DNA from: the human T2T-CHM13v2.0 reference genome, Homo sapiens | DNA length: 64,000 bases | Direction: 5' to 3' (one strand) | NCBI RefSeq assembly: GCF_009914755.1 | Contig: NC_060925.1 | Shown: piece by piece, positions 17,190 through 30,188 of the stretch | Numbering within the stretch: position 1 is the stretch's first letter | Layout of the letters: the number at the start of each line of letters is the position of its first letter | The notes under the pieces: generated by a model | Databases searched by the model: none | Told to the model about the DNA's origin: nothing | What the model saw: the letters and a program-made list of their open reading frames with translations, nothing else | Translations under genes and position numbers: made by a program

Positions 17190-17645
17190 CTCCAGCAAGA
17201 ACCTGGAAAGCCAAAAACCAGAAAGGTAAGGAATCAATTGACAAGCTAGGTCTGGATCTCTGACCTCCTTTCTTCCATGTAATCACCCTTCATTATATCT
17301 GAGAAACAAGAAAGGGACAAATTGTCCCTGCTCAGTGGAGTTACCAAACTAGACTATAGTAAGATAACTGCATAGGGTGGCTTTGAGAAAATTTCAGCCA
17401 AGTCAATGGGCCATCCCTGAAGAGAAATTACCTATCCAGCATTGGGCTAGAATGACCTAGCTCTCGAAGCCCCACTATTTTCCTAATAACCTCACCATTT
17501 CAGGCGTTGCCTGGGAGCAGCCTGAGGGAATTTCCACAGGAGTGGACCTGAAGGAATAGCAGCCAGGACACTGTCAGTCACTATGCTCCTTGCCACAGGT
17601 TTTCTGGAAGGAAGAGCTGAGTGGCACATCATTAAAGGCCACCCA
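17190..17645 (-). mobile_element. LTR16-like ERVL LTR remnant
   Basis: Degenerate resemblance to the LTRs at 53208 and 57398. Confidence 0.35.
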
Positions 17646-18539
17646 TGGGTTCTTAACTATGCATAAAGTTCATCCCATGAGGACAGGGAAGAATTATTTT
17701 AATTAGATAAATCAATGTGAACTCACGCAAAGATAAAAAGATCATAAAAGCAATGGATTTCATCTTTAAAAAGGAGTACAACATGCAGGCAGACATAATG
17801 CCAGAAAAGCTAAAGCTTAAAAAGAACTCAAGGGAGAAAAAGGACTCTTTTTAAGACAGAGTTGGAGCATGAATAAGAAAGAGAATACTATAGCTTCCTT
17901 TACTGGAAAAGAGGGAACAACGTTAAAGAGCGAACTAACATTAGTCAGTCAACCAAAATGTATTGAGTAACCCACAACATACTGAGAATTCTACTGCTAA
18001 ACACCAGGGATAAAGATAAGAGACATTTTCTCTTTTCCTTTAACATGTTAGAGGGTCATAGATATCTTTGAAAATGTGATAAAGCTATATATACCAAACA
18101 TGGCAAAGCGTTTAGCAAGAAGCAAGTGGGGAGAAAGAGGAGATGTTGAGTGGTGAAGGGATAAAAAAACAGGAGAGAAGCAATGTATAGTTTAGTAAAT
18201 ATGCACAAAAATTTGCGTGAAAATTCATAAGCCCCCTAAAATGGGGAACCCTTAAGCACTTTAATTCATTATATTTTAAACTCCTAATCTTAACCCCCTA
18301 ATTCACATCTGTTTTCAGTTAGGGGAATGATTTTTCAGACAAGAACAAATAAAATAAATATTCACAAAATTTTTTTTTAAAAATGTAAGAGAGTATGCTG
18401 CTCTCAGTGTGTTTATAACTATTGATTGTAACAAATGTCATCTCAGGATAGTCAGGGGGTTATATATTAATAATGCTGCCAAGTCATCGTCTGTTTTCTT
18501 CAAGAAAATGTGGAGAATAGGATACATGTTTGGTAAATG

Positions 18540-19620
18540 ATGGCATAATATTTCCAGAGGAGAAAGATATAGATAAGCCAATAAGCACATTAGTAATCCT
18601 AAGCAGGATTCTAAAACAAGTTGTATATGCTTAGAAATGGAGAAGTGGTCACTAGTAGCAAGTATGGGTTTAGTAAAAGCAGAGCATAACAAGTTAACCA
18701 TATGTTCTTTGGTGACAGGTTATCACTAGATTGGTAGGTTAGGGGAATAAAGTAATCATGTGTCTGTAATTTGTCAAGGATTTCATAGTGTATTGGATAG
18801 AGCAGTGCAACTGAATGATAACACAACTGGAAGAAAATGCAAATGCTTAATGACTAAACCCAAAGAATCTTTATTACCAGACTGATGTCTTCATTGGTGC
18901 TTCTCAGAACTCCATCTGACCAGTGTCCAGTTAAACTTTATATTATGGACTGTAATGAGTTCAGAAATAGCATGGAGTTAAAACTGGTGAATGGCATCAA
19001 GTTAAGAATGCAGCTAATACGGTAATGAAAGAATCTGGATCTAAAATTGATAGATTTTGTTATTGTTAAATTTAGGGTTGATGGAAACAGAACTCTGCAA
19101 ACATAACAGTGTCATTTTATTTTACATGGGTTAGAGCACACTTTCAATAACACTATGTGTACTTCCAGGTACAACGTTTTTAATAGTATATTGAAAGACT
19201 CAACCTGTCCTGGTAAGAAAGATAAAATGATAAAGGACTTCAGAATAATTCAACATAAGGAATGACGGAAAGAACCAGAGAGTGTTCAACATGGAGAAGT
19301 TGAACTTAGGGAGTTCATGTTGTTTAAATTATTCAAAAGGATTACATAAAAAGGGAATGACACATGTTCTCTGGGGCTCTGGAGAAAAGAATAGGGACAA
19401 TTAAATATACATTACAGGAAAATGTTGACTTAGCTTAAAGAATAACTTTTTAATCACTGATTGCTGAAAAAAAAGTGAAAGAAAATGTTTTCCGAGTATG
19501 ACAGATTTTCTATTACTAGAGGCATCCCAGTAGATAATCAGATGGATAACTCAAAGGCCACCTGGTAATGTCTTCAAGAGACATTGTCCAGCTAGAATTT
19601 AGTTGGACAAAATGCACTCA
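18540..19620 (+). mobile_element. CR1/L3 LINE reverse-transcriptase remnant
   Basis: About 18655-18750 reads SSKYGFSKSRA*QVNHMFFGDR../TRLVG*GN, matching CR1 SQHGF.K.RSC.TNL..F.D.VT.LVD.G. Confidence 0.7.
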
Positions 19621-20345
19621 AAGTATATGAGGGTAGAAAGAACTCTGAGTAGAGGCAGAGGTCAGAAAACCTGGTCCTCAACCTCCTTCATGGAAAAGTA
19701 TCTCTTGGGCTCTTTCTAATTAAAAACTTCTAATACTATTATGGTGTATAACTTTTAAATTCATTTGTATGATCCTGCATTAGTCAAAATAGGTTATGCC
19801 TCAGCAACTAACAACTTCAAAATTCTCAGTGGCTTTTAAAAAAAACAGAGGTTTGTTTTTTGCTCTCAGGTTGATGGGGAGCCTTAAGAATCTGAAGTAA
19901 CTTGCTTGGGTAGCTAGCAGAGCGAACTCAGTAAATTCTGCAGTTGCTCTTGATGGCCTCTGGCCTATCTAGAACTACTCTCAAAGCTCACTCAACCTTG
20001 AGAGTAAGCCTGGAGATGGGGATGGAAGGAACAGGCAATGTAATCTTCCATGTACTCAGAGGAGAGGAAAGCCAGTTTTTATGAGCAGTAACTGACAACT
20101 GTCTGAAATTAAAATGGGTTTAAGACCTCAAAAAACAAAAGAACCCAAAGAGAAAGCACTGCTGTCTCTTCCCGGATCAGGTCCTGCTCTTATCATGAAT
20201 CTTTTCTGGGTAGGTCGCTTCACCTTTCTATGCCTCAGTTTCTATAAAACAAGGAGAGGAATATATTTTTCTAACTCTCAGGATTGTTGTTTCAGTATAA
20301 TTAATCGATAAATAGAAATGTAATTCAAGATATTTTAATAATCAT

Positions 20346-20785
20346 TGTTAAAAGAAATACTTTAATAAATTAATTAATTTGAACATTATTAAATAAATTC
20401 ATATAGAGTTTATTTGAGCAAAGAATGGTTTATGAATTAGGCATCACTCAGAACCAAAAGAGGTTCAAGGGCTCTACCCAGACAGTGTGAGCAGCGAGCT
20501 TGTATAGGCTGAACACAGAGGAAAAGAACAGAAATCACTGGATTGGCTATATTAGAAATCACAAATATTTGCCTTATTTGGGCTTGGTGCAATGCACTGG
20601 CTGCCTGTGATTGGCTGAAGCTCAGCTGTTTGCATTGGCTGAAACCCAGCTATTTGTTACAAAAAAATATACTTCCAGTTAGGTTTTGATTTGTTTGACA
20701 TGCTGTTAGGCTGTGATTTGTTACCTAGGATCTCAAAGTTCAGACAAAGCCTCAGATAACAGCTTCCTGCTAATTTAATTTAACA
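20346..20785 (-). mobile_element. ERV1 solo LTR (MER57/MER93-like)
   Basis: TG...CA ends, repeated gattggctgaa (CCAAT on minus), tttattt poly(A) signal. Confidence 0.75.
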
Positions 20786-21059
20786 CTACACAAATGAAGT
20801 GGATAATTCATAAATACTCTATGCCAAAACCTAAGATAAAGAACCATGCAGCTGAAAGTCTCCTGTATATCGAATACATTTTTAGCAATTTTGTACCCGA
20901 AGGAAGCACTTCTACTTGTGCAATTTAATATTCTTTTAACGGTCTTCCCACTTTCCAGTGAGTTAGGTACAAAAAAACAAAAAACAAACAAACAAAAAAG
21001 TTGTTCCAATCCATGTTACAGAAGCCAACTAAGGCATAGGACCCAGCAAGGGCTCCTCT

Positions 21060-21720
21060 GAAAACATCCAGAGCCGGTGCCAGGATCAGGAATAGGGCGC
21101 CCTGGCTCCCCACGCCTACCAGGCCAGTTTGCGTACTCTTCCTCCTCTCCTTTGGCCTTGCTCCTCCCTTACTCCCATTTCAATAGCTCCACAAACTCTT
21201 GGCCTAGAGAACAGAGAATGTGGGGTACTTGGGCAGTGGATGAGGCGACCTCTGCCAGTGGCCTTCTCAAAAATAGTTCCAGTTCCCTGCCGACCTGGCC
21301 TGCCCCCTTGGGAAGGTCACAAAAGGGAGGCTGGGCACATGACCCAGACGTTTTGGTCCAAAGGCAGCCCAGATGTTCCAGGCACCCACGTTCCCTGTAC
21401 AGATGCCGAGTAATAATCGCGGCATCCAGGAATGTGGGCCCAAGTCCCTGTGCTTCCGGCCGGGGGAAACTCCCGCGTCAGGGAACTAATTGTGACTTGG
21501 ACGGTGAATTGGAATGTTTGGAGGCATAGGTCATGGACTAGATAGGATGTAGGCAGATCCACAGGCAATAAATGCTCTCTGCTCAAGGAGTCACTGACCT
21601 ACCATGGGGTAGGAAGCAGCCGTGGAAGAGACGGACTAGCGTCACGGTGTCACAGTGAGGGCGAGAATGCGTGCGCGTGCTCAGACATCGCGTGCCACGC
21701 ACGCATGGCCGATTACTGTC
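21060..21720. promoter_or_regulatory. Small CpG-rich promoter-like element with a minus-strand splice donor
   Basis: Roughly 30 CpGs in 660 bp against a CpG-depleted background. Two half-CRE sites (CGTCA), ETS CTTCCGG, kB-like GGGAAACTCC, NRF1-like TGCGTGCGCGTGC; ATG|gtaggt at 21603/21602. Confidence 0.55.
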
Positions 21721-22114
21721 TTTCTCAGCAATTGCTTGCCAAGCCCAATCTAAAAGGATTTACTAAAGACCCAAGAAGAGATCATCAAAATTTAGACAGA
21801 TATAGTGTCCTCCCTTAAGAAACTCATAAACTGAGGAGGCCAGGCATAAACACATGTAACAAGTAGAAAAAACAAAATCACAAGGCAGTGCAGAATACCA
21901 CCAATATGGTAGAATTCGGATGAGGTAGAGCAGAAGTGGGTCTCGATTATTGGGAAAGTTTTCATAGGTAATTTATATTGTGGCTCATGTCTAAAATCTA
22001 TCTCTTCCACGCTGCTCCAGACTGTTCCAGCTTCTTCCAATCTAATATCAACTTGCTTCTCAGTTAGCTAGATCACTTTCTCCTCCAAACAAACCAGTAT
22101 AAAGAAGCAGCCTT

Positions 22115-22603
<489 letters not shown>

Positions 22604-23697
22604 TTAATTGATAATCAAATATCCAGCTGCCGTTCTGCCTAATTGTGACTCTTTTCCATGCTATTATTTAGCAGTAAAAGTAATTCTGCTTGCCATAATA
22701 TCATGTCAGTTATGAATTAGATTATCAAAGCAGGGAGATCTGGGGTGTGTACAAGGGAAAATACCACCTGTATAATCCCTTTATGTAGGACTTGCCACCA
22801 CTCTAAGTTAAAGATCATGGGGGACCCTTTCCATGCTGCCTAATGCAGCAGAGCCTAACAATATGGCAAGTGCTCAGCCTAAATCGTTGCTAAATGAACA
22901 ACATCAGCATTTTTTGAGTTCTCTGAACTCATGTTCTCCTTGAACACACCAAGATAAGGTACTTTCCTCAGCCTAGAGGAGAACTATGACTTCTCCTTGT
23001 TTAGTTGTTCTGGCTTTAGAATTTATTCCCACAAATCAACTCCTATAGAAACATTCTTACAAAAAAAAAAAAAAAGAGAGAGAGCGAGAGAGAGAATATT
23101 TTATTCTTTAAAAAATAATTTCAGCTTTTATCTTTAGATACAGAGGGTATATGTGCAGATTCCTTATGTTAGGAATATTGAGTGATGCTGGGGTACTTTT
23201 TTCCTCTTGAAAATGGGATGAAGGAAATGAGAGTCTAGTGTTTTCTTTCATCAGAATTATCAAAACAGTCAGCAAAAATTACTTATGTTTGCAGAAGTTT
23301 CACAAATGAAGGAAAGGTCACAACTAACAAAGGCTGATAGGAGAGGAGAGGCTCCCTGGCAGAACTTGCCTTAGAAAATGGAAAGAACCAGACCTCATCC
23401 TGCCAAACACGTTCAGTCTTTTCACCTTTTTTTTTTTCTTTAGGAGATTTCTGATGACTAAAGCTGCTTAAGAGATCCTTAAATAACATTTTGGTCCAAG
23501 TAACTAGCTGATTTTTTTAAAGAGCTCAATACAACTGTCAGTATGGACACAGGCAATATGATGTTAAAATAGTGTTGATTCCACTAAGTGTTCACAGGGT
23601 GAGCATTTTATTATACGCCACTGAGAGGTCTGGGTATGAGACCCTTTCTTTCTCAGCCCTATTTTTAGAGGGCACATGTGATACGTGGCACTTGCAC

Positions 23698-23840
23698 CTG
23701 TCATTAGGAAGCTCAACAGCCAACGGCCTGTTTGTGCTACTACTGTATGTGTGTCCAAATGGTGAGACCAGTGCTGGGGCTGAGGCTGTGTAAAGGTCAT
23801 GATCACCCACGGCCTTCAGAAAAAGATATGCTTGCTGGTC
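23698..23840 (-). pseudogene. CATSPERB-like candidate exon (DQQAYLFLKAVGDHDLYTASAPALVSPFGHTYSSSTNRPLAVELPND)
   Basis: Open frame resembling GVYLFYNKV...KFPIFRFPSS. Weak splice sites; the exon may start further 5' (about 23938). Confidence 0.4.
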
Positions 23841-24912
23841 CTTTTAACCTACATGCCCTTCGCTCAGAGTCAAGCATTAACATCCCAATTGTAATTACAA
23901 TTGTTTTGCAGGAAGAAGACTGGCTTCCCAGTTTATTTGTTAAAACAAACAAAAACAAAACAACATACGTACATACAAATACATAACATATACACATATG
24001 TATTTACATATGAAAGATTTAAAATTATGTACCAAACTTAACCATTACAACCTATAGGTAGAGAAGAATTGGATTTAAAAATAAAGGGAGAAGAATATTT
24101 TAACTTAACTTTTACTCTATGAACCTTGGTATTATTTGAATTTTATGTTCATTACCACTACTGTGATTTTTAAATTTCTTGGCACAGAAGCTGTTATGTA
24201 ATAGGAATTTAAGGGAAAAAAAGAAAGAGAATGAGAAAGAGAGGGAGGGAGAAAGGAAAGGAATAGAAATAGAAAGGAAGAGTATGTACAAATTGTCAAG
24301 AGCCACATCCATCAGCTCTGAATGAATGGAGTGATTAGAGATGAATGGAGCTAATTCAGAAAGACTTTATGAAATGGTTGAATTTGTGCTGCATTTGTAA
24401 AACAATTTAAAAAATAATGATATACTTACTATATCCTATAACATGTTTATTCCAAAAAAAAATGGATTATATAGAGAAGCACAAAGAAGAAAATGAGCAT
24501 TACCAGGAACCCAGTCTCACAGAGAAAAACCACAGCTAACATTGCACTGGCTTTCCTTTCATTCTTCTCTTCTCTTTGTTTTTTTTCTTAGACTACATTT
24601 TGAAGGGCAACAGAAACAAGGTGTAGCAGAGAGAATGAGGTAGATGTGGGGAGGACATTCTAGAAGAGCAATGAAAGAAGTGTGTACCTGAAGCTCCCTT
24701 ATCTCAAGGCTGAGATCTCAGAGAGATCTTGTCTGGACCTGGAGTACTGGTATTGTGTCTATCCCTGAAACTTTGCCATAGGGACAGGCTCGCTTGATCT
24801 TAGTTGACTCCTCCTCTGTAAAATGCAGATATTCTCTTTATCCTGCCCACCTTGCTGCATTAGGTACATAGAAAAAGCACACCCCAAAAGTTCCTTACAA
24901 ATCAATTTTTAC

Positions 24913-25117
24913 CTGCAATCCAAAATAATAATATTATGCAGGTTTGTGAACTAGCTCCCAAAAGTCTATTTAAACCAAAGGTAGTTGAAATTCTGTACTG
25001 GGTATTTATAGCAATATATCATTTTTTCACTATGCGTGTACCATTTTTAGTCACCATATGGGCACTTTAAGGCAAATTCTGTGTATTTATCTGGGAACCC
25101 AACCGACATTTATTTAT
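24913..25117 (-). pseudogene. CATSPERB-like candidate exon (K*MSVGFPDKYTEFALKCPYGD*KW...HNIIILDC)
   Basis: Acceptor cattttctcag, donor CAG|gtaaaa. Weak resemblance to YVTVTF...FYSQEPFLEW...TFLVD. Several stops; phases imperfect. Confidence 0.35.
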
Positions 25118-25319
25118 CTGAGAAAATGCATTTTATTGGTTTATACAGGGGACTACTGTTAGCCCTACCTACAATTCTGGGGCATCTCTTGGCAGCATTA
25201 TTAGCAAGCAGGGAAGACTGCAGACTGGGGACAGGTTTCATTTTTTAAGAGCACTCCTCAAACCGATAATGCATAGATCTATCTGATAACAGAAAAATAG
25301 CCACAACAACATGTGAAAG

Positions 25320-25570
25320 CAGTAATGATCACAGCTATCCTTTATTGAGGAATAACTATACTCCTGGAATACTTTATGTGCATTATTGTGTTTAACTTTC
25401 AAATCAACTCTATGACAGTTACAGTACTCTTCTCCATTTTATAAAGGAGGAAACAAAGCACAGAGAGGTGAAATAAGTTACTCAAGGTCATTCCATTTAG
25501 ATTGATGCAGAGCCAGCATTTTCAGCTAAAGTCTGGCTCCATAGCTAAAGCTCTTATCATTTGTTAACAC
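25320..25570 (-). mobile_element. MIR
   Basis: ccattttataaaggaggaaacaaagcacagagaggtgaaataagttactcaaggtca. Confidence 0.8.
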
Positions 25571-25753
25571 ACAGGCAGATAGGTGAACCTAGGTTACCAT
25601 TTGTGATCGCCATCACTAGGAAGTCATGCTAGGCTATTTTAAAGATCGTTCGGGTATTTTGTGAGTTCTTCTGAAGGGTAAGAAGACAGTAACGGTAGAA
25701 ATCTGACCTCTCTCCCAGAGATGTTTAACAAGCAATTGCCCAACCCTACTCAC

Positions 25754-25842
25754 ACTCCTTCCAGAGGTGATGCCCTGGGCAGCCTGGCATTGGAGAAATG
25801 TGTTCACTCTGCTTGAAGTGGTGATGCTGTCACTACCTGTCA
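25754..25842 (-). pseudogene. CATSPERB-like candidate exon (TGSDSITTSSRVNTFLQCQAAQGITSGRS)
   Basis: Acceptor actttcctag, phase 1 matching the upstream exon; strong donor gtgagt; open frame. Cys sits at the position of GKLWYNERCFA. Confidence 0.45.
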
Positions 25843-26266
25843 CTAGGAAAGTTCATTTAAGGTTCTATGAACAAAGAGTCTGATGTTAGGATTTGGTGTG
25901 TGTGGGGGTGGGGGGATTTATAGTCATTCCATTCTCTCCTGCAGTGCCCATTTCTCTGCTGGATCCATATTTCTGAGTCATCTCTCAATTAGAATCAACC
26001 ATCCATAACATGCTCAAAAATGCGTCCTTTGATGCTAGCCTCTACACATTTTTTTTGTTTTGCTATATTGCTTATAATGTTTGTGCAGCTGCTTTGAGAG
26101 CTAAATATGCAATCAATGTGATGCAATCATGTTCCTTCCTTATCAGAGAAGGGAGAAAATGTCAACTTGAATTTTAGGCAATTTTCAAGAACTCCACGAT
26201 ACAAAATCATAAGTGTATTTAATTGATGTGATCTTAATTGGAATCACAAGGGAAATTGGAATGTAC

Positions 26267-26512
26267 TTGCAGTTCAGTTGTTTGTGTTTTTAATAGCACT
26301 GTTTGGCTGAGATTGGACCATTATCTGTCTCTGATTCACCAAATGTTGGAGAGTTTGTATTTCTAAAGTTTGATGAAAACTGAATGCTATGTTACAGTAT
26401 TTTTTTCTGGCCTTTTTTGTTATGCTCTTTCTTATGAGATTTCGATTTTTTGGGTTATGATTTGAGAATGAGCTACCATAAGTACACATAAATACGTACT
26501 TCTGTTCATATT
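26267..26512 (-). pseudogene. CATSPERB-like candidate exon (EYEQKYVFMCTYGSSFSNHNPKNRNLIRKSI...NIAFSFHQTLEIQTLQHLV...)
   Basis: 246 nt, phase 1-1, acceptor ttctaattgctag, weak donor gtacat, one late TGA. Resembles GVYIGITFGGF...NMTQTI and DMVLTNHFLVILTSLGLF. Confidence 0.55.
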
Positions 26513-26574
26513 CTAGCAATTAGAAATACATTTATAGTCATTTCTTGTTTGTTATTATAACTGGTGATATTTAT

Positions 26575-26815
26575 TTATTCACTTGTTTATACAAACATTT
26601 ATTCAATCAATAAATGCCTGCTGAGCCCAAGCCATCTCTTTGTCTGTGTGATAAGAACAGAAGATGGATAACTGAACAAGACTAAATCCCTGCTCTCAGG
26701 GTCTCACGGTAGTTGGAGAGATGAGCAAGTAAAGCACATGGAAGTCCTGGGGTAGAAGTATGCAGAGGGTGCTGAGGGAGAAGAGAGAAAGCTATAGCTA
26801 GACTGAGGAAGGTCA
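26575..26815 (-). mobile_element. L2 3' end
   Basis: attcaatcaataaatgcctgctgagc...ccctgctctcagg. Confidence 0.65.
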
Positions 26816-27361
26816 ATAAATTTAAAACATAGGGCTAAATTTTACCAGAGCATGAAAAAATGATGACCCCAGAGGTCAAAGTGATTGGAGAGATTTTGCT
26901 TTGTTTTTAAGTTATCTTGCCTATGTTAATCAAACTGAATAAACTTTTAAAATTGCATTCATTTTTCATCACTGATGTTCTTCCATTAAATTCAAACTGG
27001 AAGAGCTCATAAAAAAAGAGATCAGGCTATTTAGTTTGTTAAATTGGTATGTATTATCCTAGGTTTTCAGATACCAATGTTGCATATTTCTATTGAAAGC
27101 GCTTTTTATAAAGCATCATATTACATGGACTAGAACTAGGACGTGGCTTTGTCCAGAGAAGTGCATTCATTCAATACATCAAAAATGTGTTAGGTATTGA
27201 TTTTACCACATTTCTGTCCTCAAGTTAAAATCTAGAAAGGGAAGATATAATCAGTTACCCAAATTGATTTAACATTCAAGGAGTTTTTTAACTGCATTTT
27301 CAGTCCTATTCATTCATAAGTAACATCACAGAAAAGCCTAAAGACGCCTAATGTCAAAGAC

Positions 27362-27466
27362 CATATTGCACTTTTTCAAGTGGGAGTAAAGAAGCAACAG
27401 TGATCCCGGCATGGCATTCTAGTGTTTGTTAGCTTCCTTGGGGTGATCATAGGCCCTAGTCACACC
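27362..27466 (-). pseudogene. CATSPERB-like candidate exon (V*LGPMITPRKLTNTRMPCRD/fs/TVASLLPLEK)
   Basis: Strong acceptor actttctgtcttttcag|G, phase 2. LTNTRMPC..VASL resembles LKVTKCPCANDVALL. One stop and one frameshift; donor uncertain. Confidence 0.55.
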
Positions 27467-28504
27467 CTGAAAAGACAGAAAGTTTCAAACACTGACATGG
27501 CTAAAAGATTTAGGAGAGAAAATGGCACTGTGATGGGACAAATACTGGAAAAAAAAAAAAAAAGGAAACAAAAAAAGAGATTGGTTCTGTTCTGTTCCTA
27601 GCTCATCACTCTCTATGCATATGACTTTGAAGAATTTCTTAATGTTTCTAATCCTTAATTGCTTCATCTAAGATACAGGAGAATGGAATATATGATTCAT
27701 AGACTCTAAAATATGAATTCTAAGAGAAATACAACATTTGAGATGACTCTTGGTTACGTAGCTTGAATCAGTCAATAAAGAGAATTTAGTTAAAAGGCTT
27801 TTGATAAAGAATCAGAGGTTAAAAGGGCTTTTGATAGAGAATCAGAAAACCAGATTTCAAGTTCTAAGTCTCCTGCTAACTTATCTGTGTAACATTGGAC
27901 CAGCCACTTCCTCAGTCCTTAGTTGCCTCTTCTATGAAACAGTATGGGATATGTGGTAGGTGGGGAATGGTTTGGAGACATGAGCTATATTATTGCTATG
28001 CCATATTCCGGTTCTAGCCTTCAATGGTTACACAGATGTGTCAAGATTCCCTGAGAAATTGTACAAGTCCTTCTCTAGTTTCCCTAAAATAGTATACACT
28101 TACCTTCTCTGGAAGGGAGAAGCAAGGTGGCCATTTTCATTTTATAATGCCAAGTGATCTTTCTAATACAGCTTAGATTGTGAAGTTCTAATGAAATTGA
28201 AATTAACTAGGACAATTTATCTTATTTAAGACCTCATGATAAATGCTTTCATTCATAGGCTAAGACAGGAGGTTCTTTCTTCTTCTATTTTCTTTGATTA
28301 TTTCCAAAACTAGAAGGCTTCTTATCCCTTTGAAGATTGTTTACCTCTAGAAAATGAGTTCATGCATCCTACAGCTTGTTCTTCTCTGGGTGTCCTCATG
28401 CTAGTAAATTGTGTTGATACAGAGACAAGACAGATGTTCTTGTAAGCTTCCTCCAAACTCTAGAAGACTGCGGTACACATTGTAGGCCCATTCGATTTGC
28501 TTAC

Positions 28505-28604
28505 TTGAGGGTCCAGTCACAAAGGATTTTAAAGAGCTATTAGAAACCTTTTGAACTCTCATTTCTACCTTTGTTAAATGATAGTCTTTCTTGCATGCAT
28601 GAGC
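28505..28604 (-). pseudogene. CATSPERB-like candidate exon (CMQERLSFNKGRNESSKGF**LFKILCDWTL)
   Basis: Resembles VRITLHHGLNIYATEG...EPILQWT. Donor CAA|gtaagc, phase 2, matches the next exon. The pyrimidine tract ends in GG (mutated acceptor). Two adjacent stops. Confidence 0.55.
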
Positions 28605-29094
28605 CCAGAGAAGAAATGTAATAATTTAACTAAATTTGGAGCTGATAACACTTGTTGATATTTTTATAGTCTGTCCTTTACAGAGAACTTTCACGTATAT
28701 TATCCTAGCAAAACATGCAGACTGTGTAACAGTAGTTCACTTAACTAATGAGAAACCCAAAGCCTAGTTTAGTAGGTGATGTGTCCAAGGACACACAGCT
28801 AAGGAGGACTACAGCAGGAGTTGAAGCCAAATCCTCTCCATCTTTAGTGATAGCTAGTTCAGTCTCCACTACTTAGTATCGATCCCCAAATGGGGGCCCC
28901 TTGTGACCCATGGGGAGAACTGTTGAGTGTGATAGGAACAGTAGTCTTTATATCACGAATATGGGGATTAGTAAAAGATTCTCTTTTAGCTTTTAATCTC
29001 TACTCCCTCTTTCCTCATCTTTAACACATACTGTGACCTTGAAAAGAGATAGAAACCAAAAATCTTCAAGTGGCTTTTTGGTTAATGAATTACT

Positions 29095-29275
29095 TAATAG
29101 TACTTCTTGGAAATTATTGGATGCTTTCTTTGTGTTTTAGAAGGTGATACAATAAGTAGTGTATTTCTTCTCTCCTGGGTTGGAAGACTTTGCAGCTCCA
29201 TAGCCAGTGACAGAATTTCTAATGCAAGGCCATGGCCTGATTGGTTTTATTCCTTGCTTGATTCTCCCAACCAGG
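29095..29275 (-). pseudogene. CATSPERB-like candidate exon remnant (ESSKE*NQSGHGLALEILSLAMELQ...)
   Basis: SGHGLALEILS resembles TSGGLAPSLGIMNS at the expected position. Splice sites not resolved. Confidence 0.3.
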
Positions 29276-29299
29276 GTCAAAGTCAGAAGTAGATTTATG

Positions 29300-29725
29300 T
29301 GGAAAAAGCCCAATATTCATCAACCAGTGAATGAATAAACGAAATGTGGTACACACATACAGAGGATATTATATTTGGCTACATAAAGGAAATAATGTTA
29401 GATGCTGCATTAATGTGAATGAATCCTGAGAACATTATCTATCCTAAGTGAAAGAAAGCAGTGATAAAATACCAAATATTTTAAGATTATATTGATCTGA
29501 ATCTTCCAAAGCAGGGAAATATTTAGAGACAGAAAGTAGATAAGCAGTTGCTTAGGGCTGGGGGAATAAGAGAGTGATAGCTAGAATATGGAGTTTCTTT
29601 TTAGATGATAAAAATGTTCTAAAGTTTATGGTGAGTATGATTGTACAACACTATTGAACTTTACACTTTAAATGGGTGAAATACATGGTATATGAGCTAT
29701 ATTTCAATAAAGTTATTTTGAAAAG
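29300..29725 (+). mobile_element. L1ME/L1MB 3' end
   Basis: gaatgaataaacgaaatgtggtac...agagacagaaagtaga...tttcaataaagtt. Confidence 0.8.
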
Positions 29726-29896
29726 AAGGAGATTTATAATAATATAGCATTCTCTCTTTTGTATTCCATTACTATGTAAGGTGCCCTGATATTATTGGTC
29801 AGTAAGAGCACCTGTTACCTCTACCATTCCCTTAGCTAAGGACTGATCAACAACCATACTGGCTATGCAACCCTTTCCTTAAAAGCCACAACCACT

Positions 29897-30188
29897 GGCT
29901 GGGTGCGGTGGCTCATGCCTGGAATCTCAGCACTTTGGGAGGCCGAGGTGGGCCTGAGGTCAAGAGTTTGAGACCAGCCTGGACAGCATGGCAAAAACCC
30001 ATCTCTATTAAAAATACAAAATTAACCAGGCATGCTGGCAGGTGCCTGTAGTCCTAGCTACCCAGGAGGTTGAAGTAGGAGAATTGCTTGAACCCAGGAG
30101 GTGGACGTTGTAGCGAGCCAAGATCATGCCACTGCACTCTATCTTGGGCAACAGAGCAAGACTCTATCTCAAAAAAAAAAAAAAAAAA
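29897..30188 (+). mobile_element. AluS-type
   Basis: Dimer with a small left-arm deletion; degenerate TSD aaaag...aaccac. Confidence 0.95.

Noticed and set aside
21317-21586. 89-aa minus ORF considered as a CATSPERB-like exon (and the overlapping 150-aa plus ORF)
   Set aside because: No pyrimidine-tract acceptor and no fit to the colinear series; GC-rich DNA gives chance ORFs.
28345-28460. Exon-like block ending GAG|gtaaac
   Set aside because: Too close to the 28505 donor; the 27466 exon fits the expected motif and phase better.
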